Source: Selaginella moellendorffii (taxonomy: Eukaryota > Plantae > Lycopodiophyta). From it: a stretch of DNA of 26,721 nt. The notes under the pieces are model-generated. The model was not told the origin of the DNA. It saw nothing but the letters and a program-made list of their open reading frames with translations, and searched no databases. Shown piece by piece: positions 22,853-26,721 of this stretch (its first letter is position 1; every line of letters begins with the position of its first letter). The DNA is taken from NCBI RefSeq assembly GCF_000143415.4, contig NW_003314475.1:1-26721 (forward strand), written 5' to 3'. The position numbers and the translations under genes are program-made.

Positions 22853-23339
22853 GTTCGTAGCTTTGGAAATTTTAGGTTTATGAAGGACACCAAATTTATC
22901 GAGCAAGATCCTGCAGTTCTTTGCAGATCTTGGATATTGAATTTTGAAGCCAGGTACAATGAATTTGTAATCACTTTCTTCTTTTTTTGTACACTAATGC
23001 CATGTCGTTCTGTTGCAGTTTTCTATTGTTAAGGTATTGAAAGGCAGAGAATTTATGGGTTGTATTCATGCAGTGATCTCGGTGGAGTAAGATCCTAAGA
23101 TTTTATGTTTTACACAAATGTTTTAAAGTTTTGGAGCCGATTGAAATAGCCAGTGTTTGCTAGAAGTTTTACAGCAAGGAGCGCACTGCCGATGCAGCAG
23201 CTTTGCGCACTGGCACTCTCGATTTACTGCAGCCACTGATATGAACGTGACTGGCCGCTCAATCGATCAGTGCATGAGTAGTGTCAATGACTACTTACAA
23301 ACTGGATGGAAAGAGACTGAAGTTCAAATCGATTCCTAC

Positions 23340-24015
23340 CTGAGAGAATGACAAGGTCCTGGACTGACAAACCGCGCTCCTTGAAGTTTTCAATGAGAGC
23401 TGACGCAATCCCAAAACGGAGATTGTAAGGTGTTGCTGCATTCCTGGATGGAAACTTTTCCATCGTAGCATCTGGTTGGGACTTGGTAATATTTTCCTCC
23501 CCGTCTTGGAACTTGATTCAGGATTTCCAAAAATGATGCTAAACTTACCATGACGGTTGAATCTCTGGCAGCTATGGCAAGAGTGTCAGCAGGAGACAAC
23601 GCCAGGAAAAGCTGCTTCCAACCTCTGCTTTGCTTCCTTGATCATCTCAAAGCTCCTGGTAGACATGAAGTGACAATTTTTCCACTTTAGTTCCATCGGT
23701 GGGAGTTGAGTCAAGAAGAATCGATCCATCACACCCCTAGAACAGCGAAGTTAGAAGAGCAGAATTTAAATCTTGTAAAGTTACTCATGTCAATGAAACA
23801 GTCATGGAAGTGCAAGCGAAGAACACCTGCTGGTATCGTCCTGTCCCAACCAGTGTGCTGCTCAGAGTGTCCCTGATGATCCTCTCGGCCTGAAGAAAGG
23901 ATCTAGAGTAGCTGTGGATAGCCATACTTGCGTCCCAACTCTCACCGTGAGCCAAAACACCCAAGCTCAGTGACAGCAGAAGCAAAACCAAAACGTTCCC
24001 TCTCCAACTTTCCAT
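23340..24015 (-). pseudogene. Class III secretory peroxidase pseudogene, exons 1-3 only
   Basis: Exon 1 (24015-23789): signal peptide MESWRGNVLVLLLLSLSLGVLA...LRLHFHDCFID, donor mutated GT>AT. Exon 2 (23736-23549): GCDGSILLDST...RSFEMIKEAKQRLEAAFPGVVS.ADTLAIAARDS. Exon 3 (23504-23340): GGKYYQVPT...FKERGLSVQDLVILS. No GAHTIG exon follows. Confidence 0.93.
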
Positions 24016-24049
24016 CTTCGTCCTCTCGTTTTGCACTTCTTCTTCCTCG

Positions 24050-25160
24050 AATTTTCTTGGCAGTGACTGATGATCTGAAGATGAGTGTCGTTCCTTGATG
24101 AAATGAAGCAAAGGTCCAAATCCAGGGAAGCTTGCGCTCATAGATTTTATGAAGTCCAAGCTCTGCACGAAAAATAGGAAAATCCAGCCAACTAAAGTAC
24201 AAAAGAAAGGTTCCAAAAGTAATTTAAAGTTGCTATTTTTGGCATCGGCACCAAGAAATTGACCCTGAAATTCCAAAATTCCGAGCAGGGACCTCAAGAA
24301 ATTGATCACACGATATAGGAGAAGTTCCCGACTGTTGGAGATTATCCTGGAATTGATAAAAAAAAACTTCTTCAATCACTATTCTGTGAGGTGACCAAAA
24401 AGCCGAAAAGAAGTGCATTGAGGATGATCTTTGATCAACAGGTTCTGTGAAGAACTAGCAGCAGCTGTGGTTGTGACACCTCTGTAACCTCAGCATCCGC
24501 CACCCCTGCTGCAGCACCAGCAAGTAGCCTTTCGACCATATTGTTCGCATGATCCATTCGTCTCATAAACATAAGCTCTTATCACCTTTTAGGGTGCGTT
24601 TGTTCTGAAGATGATTATGTGCACGAGCTTCTAGAGGCATGGCATCTAAAAAGCTGTATGAGAACCCCATCTATGCAGGAGAACAAGGTAAAAACAAAGA
24701 AAAACTCTATCAGTTTTTGTTCCTCATTCGTTTGCTTTTCTTCCATGCAGATCTTCCATAGTTCTCACAATCGATCTTCAACACTAGATTTTGTCTCCAG
24801 TCCGGTGAGCAACATAGCCAAGTACATGCTCGCAAGAGATAAAAGAATGAGTAGATGTACGTGACAGGACGGTGCTGGGATGGCTTCTTTGCTTCGTGGA
24901 AGTCATGCTCAGATCCAGTGCTGCTTAGTTTGTTGCTGTTTTTGAAATCCCTCCTTGAGAGCAAAGGTTGCAAAGGAGCTTCTGGAAGAAGAATTAAGTA
25001 GAAAAACTCACAAAGTTGCTCTAATGTTACCTTCCTTGCGAGGAGGAGCTGGCAGTGACAGGAAAGTGGTCAAAGAGTCCGTAGAATATATCACGGAGAT
25101 AAGTGTGGTGGCCATTCCCATGATGAGTGTGGGCACTCCGATTCAATTGTAGTCTCAAGG
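24050..25160 (-). pseudogene. Degraded coding-like region of unknown identity
   Basis: GC-richer stretch with broken minus-strand frames (MRRMDHANNMVERLLAG..., YRVINFLRSLLGIL...) and a GTAAC donor near 25030; no family recognised. Confidence 0.3.
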
Positions 25161-25387
25161 TTTCACTAATCCAATTGTGAATACTGTGTAGTCTCTCCAA
25201 TTCACTAATGCATTTAAAATAGTTAGTTCACCAACCAAGATACATTGGGATTCTTGCTATGGCAAGAGAGCACAGCTCTTGGGAGAGCTATGGTTATTAG
25301 CTTTCATTTATGAGGGCATAAACTTGCAAAAAAATATGAAAAACTATATGCAATAAAAAGAACAATTCAAAAGATGATATATAGAAG

Positions 25388-25541
25388 TTCAAATATAAAG
25401 GGAAAGGGTTTTAAAACAAGAGTGCACATTTTTTTCTGATTGGTTAAGGGTATTAAGATACTCGGGGGTTAAACATCTTTGGGTTCGAGTAGTATGAGGT
25501 TGGATAACCTCTCAAAAAGTTTAAATTCAAGAGTTTTCTCA
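25388..25541 (+). mobile_element. Second, more decayed Cassandra-like LTR with 5S-like segment (25469-25522)
   Basis: Collinear with 2567-2717 (AAATATAAAGGGAAA...AGTGCAC...TTAAGG...CATCTTTGGGTT); GAGTAGTA matches the 5S intermediate element; 35/54 to recalled 5S by hand; no PBS, followed by an A-run. Confidence 0.65.
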
Positions 25542-25711
25542 AAAAAAAAACAAAACTTTCAGTTTCATATATATAAAATATATAAAGAATCTTACCATCT
25601 ATTGTGTTGCAAAGAACTACTATGCATTTAATAGATTTTATGAATTTCTATTTTCTCAATATATCTAAAACCATTCTTGCTTATGAGGTTTAGTATAAAT
25701 GTGGTAGCAAA

Positions 25712-26200
25712 CTAGATAGATTTACTTATGTATGTTTTTAAATGTAAAACCAGATACATAATAAAAATTCTATTATTCTTTAGTATAATTTAATGTTAAA
25801 GGCATCATTAAATTTCAGATAAAAATAATTTAACTCAGTATGCAATTAAAATTATAATTTCTCCAAACTAACCTATTATTTTTTAGTAGTCTATAATTTG
25901 TTGGTTTTGTGAAAAAAAAATTTCTTTTAAAGCATGGCAGCAATCTTGTGGATGTGTTTAGGTTTGTGCACCTTTTTATAAAGGCAATAAAAACATCAAA
26001 TTCAAATTTAATGATGATAAAAAATGATTTTATCTTCCTCAACACTTGCATTATTATATATTTGCATTATTGTGCATTTCTCTGGAGATGAATAGTAGAA
26101 ACTTTTAGATAAATTTAACTTTGTATACAATCAAAATTTTTTACATTGTAAAGTTAGAAAAGAGGATTTATTTATCTTGGGTAAACTATATCTCCCATAT
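25712..26200 (+). repeat. Repeat X copy 2 (C-terminal part of the RecQ-like remnant, minus strand)
   Basis: Direct paralog of 10901-11388. Confidence 0.9.
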
Positions 26201-26228
26201 ATTGGGAGATATATATCTCCCAATATAT
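26197..26228. repeat. Perfect 32-bp palindrome
   Basis: ATATATTGGGAGATAT|ATATCTCCCAATATAT. Confidence 0.95.
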
Positions 26229-26236
26229 TTTGCTAG

Positions 26237-26721
26237 TACTCATATATTTAAACAAAAGAGTTGATATAATAATAGCATTGCTCAAGATGCTTATTCTGGG
26301 CATATAACAAGATCTAACGGCTGAGATATAGTTACAAAAGGTTGTAACTTTTCAAATCAAATTTTTTTTAACTGAGGCTTTTAGGGCAAATGAGAGTGAG
26401 GAGAAGCACAATATGCTAAGCAATGAGCAGGCAAGTCTATGGGTTACTGCGGTTCTCCCTCTCTCCCTCTTTCTCTATGTGGGATTATGTGCAGAATTCT
26501 CTTTCAGTGTACTTCAGTTATAAATTATATTTTCTTCTGGTAAGAAAATGGTGCTGCGTGCATGGTGCCCTGTCTTTGATAAGGTTGGTTTATGTGTTCT
26601 GCTATGCTGGCTGAAAGTGTATAGGTTTCTTTCTCTTTTACAAATCTATCCACAACCTAGCTGTCGGGTCTTGCCTCCATTTCTTTGTCACTGTTCCAGT
26701 AGCATCCAAGACTGCGTACAT
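26237..26721 (+). repeat. Fourth copy start: module Y into PAP exon, running off the window
   Basis: TTGCTAGTACTCATATATTTAAACAAAAGAG is shared with 21961; the copy ends GCATCCAAGACTGCGTACAT like the undeleted copy at ~8845. Confidence 0.92.

Noticed and set aside
23785-24375. 196-aa membrane protein
   Set aside because: Chimeric read-through of an unknown fragment into frameshifted peroxidase exon 1.

Overview
Land-plant nuclear DNA (introns of about 50-60 bp, class III peroxidase, plant AAE and PAP fragments; a compact genome such as the lycophyte Selaginella is my guess, not a determination). I see no intact gene: the window is transposon-derived and full of pseudogenes. Its core is a Helitron-like unit of about 7.7 kb. 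In order it runs: hairpin+CTAG end, orphan exons ('module Y'), purple acid phosphatase fragment, antisense acyl-activating-enzyme fragment, OB/Zn-ribbon exons, RPA70-like gene, AT-rich tail. It is present as a ~5.3 kb inverted duplication (2814-8106 vs 12911-20707) plus two further partial copies (21968-22852; 26237-end) that each start right after a CTAG. The right arm later gained a 725-bp TRIM (TSD TTGAG) and a 1.8-kb solo LTR with a minisatellite (TSD AACAA); both empty sites are visible in the left arm. Not shown by the ORF track: two decayed 5S-rRNA-containing (Cassandra-like) LTRs, a fossil RecQ-like helicase on the minus strand, a truncated class III peroxidase pseudogene, and a 32-bp perfect palindrome at a rearrangement junction.
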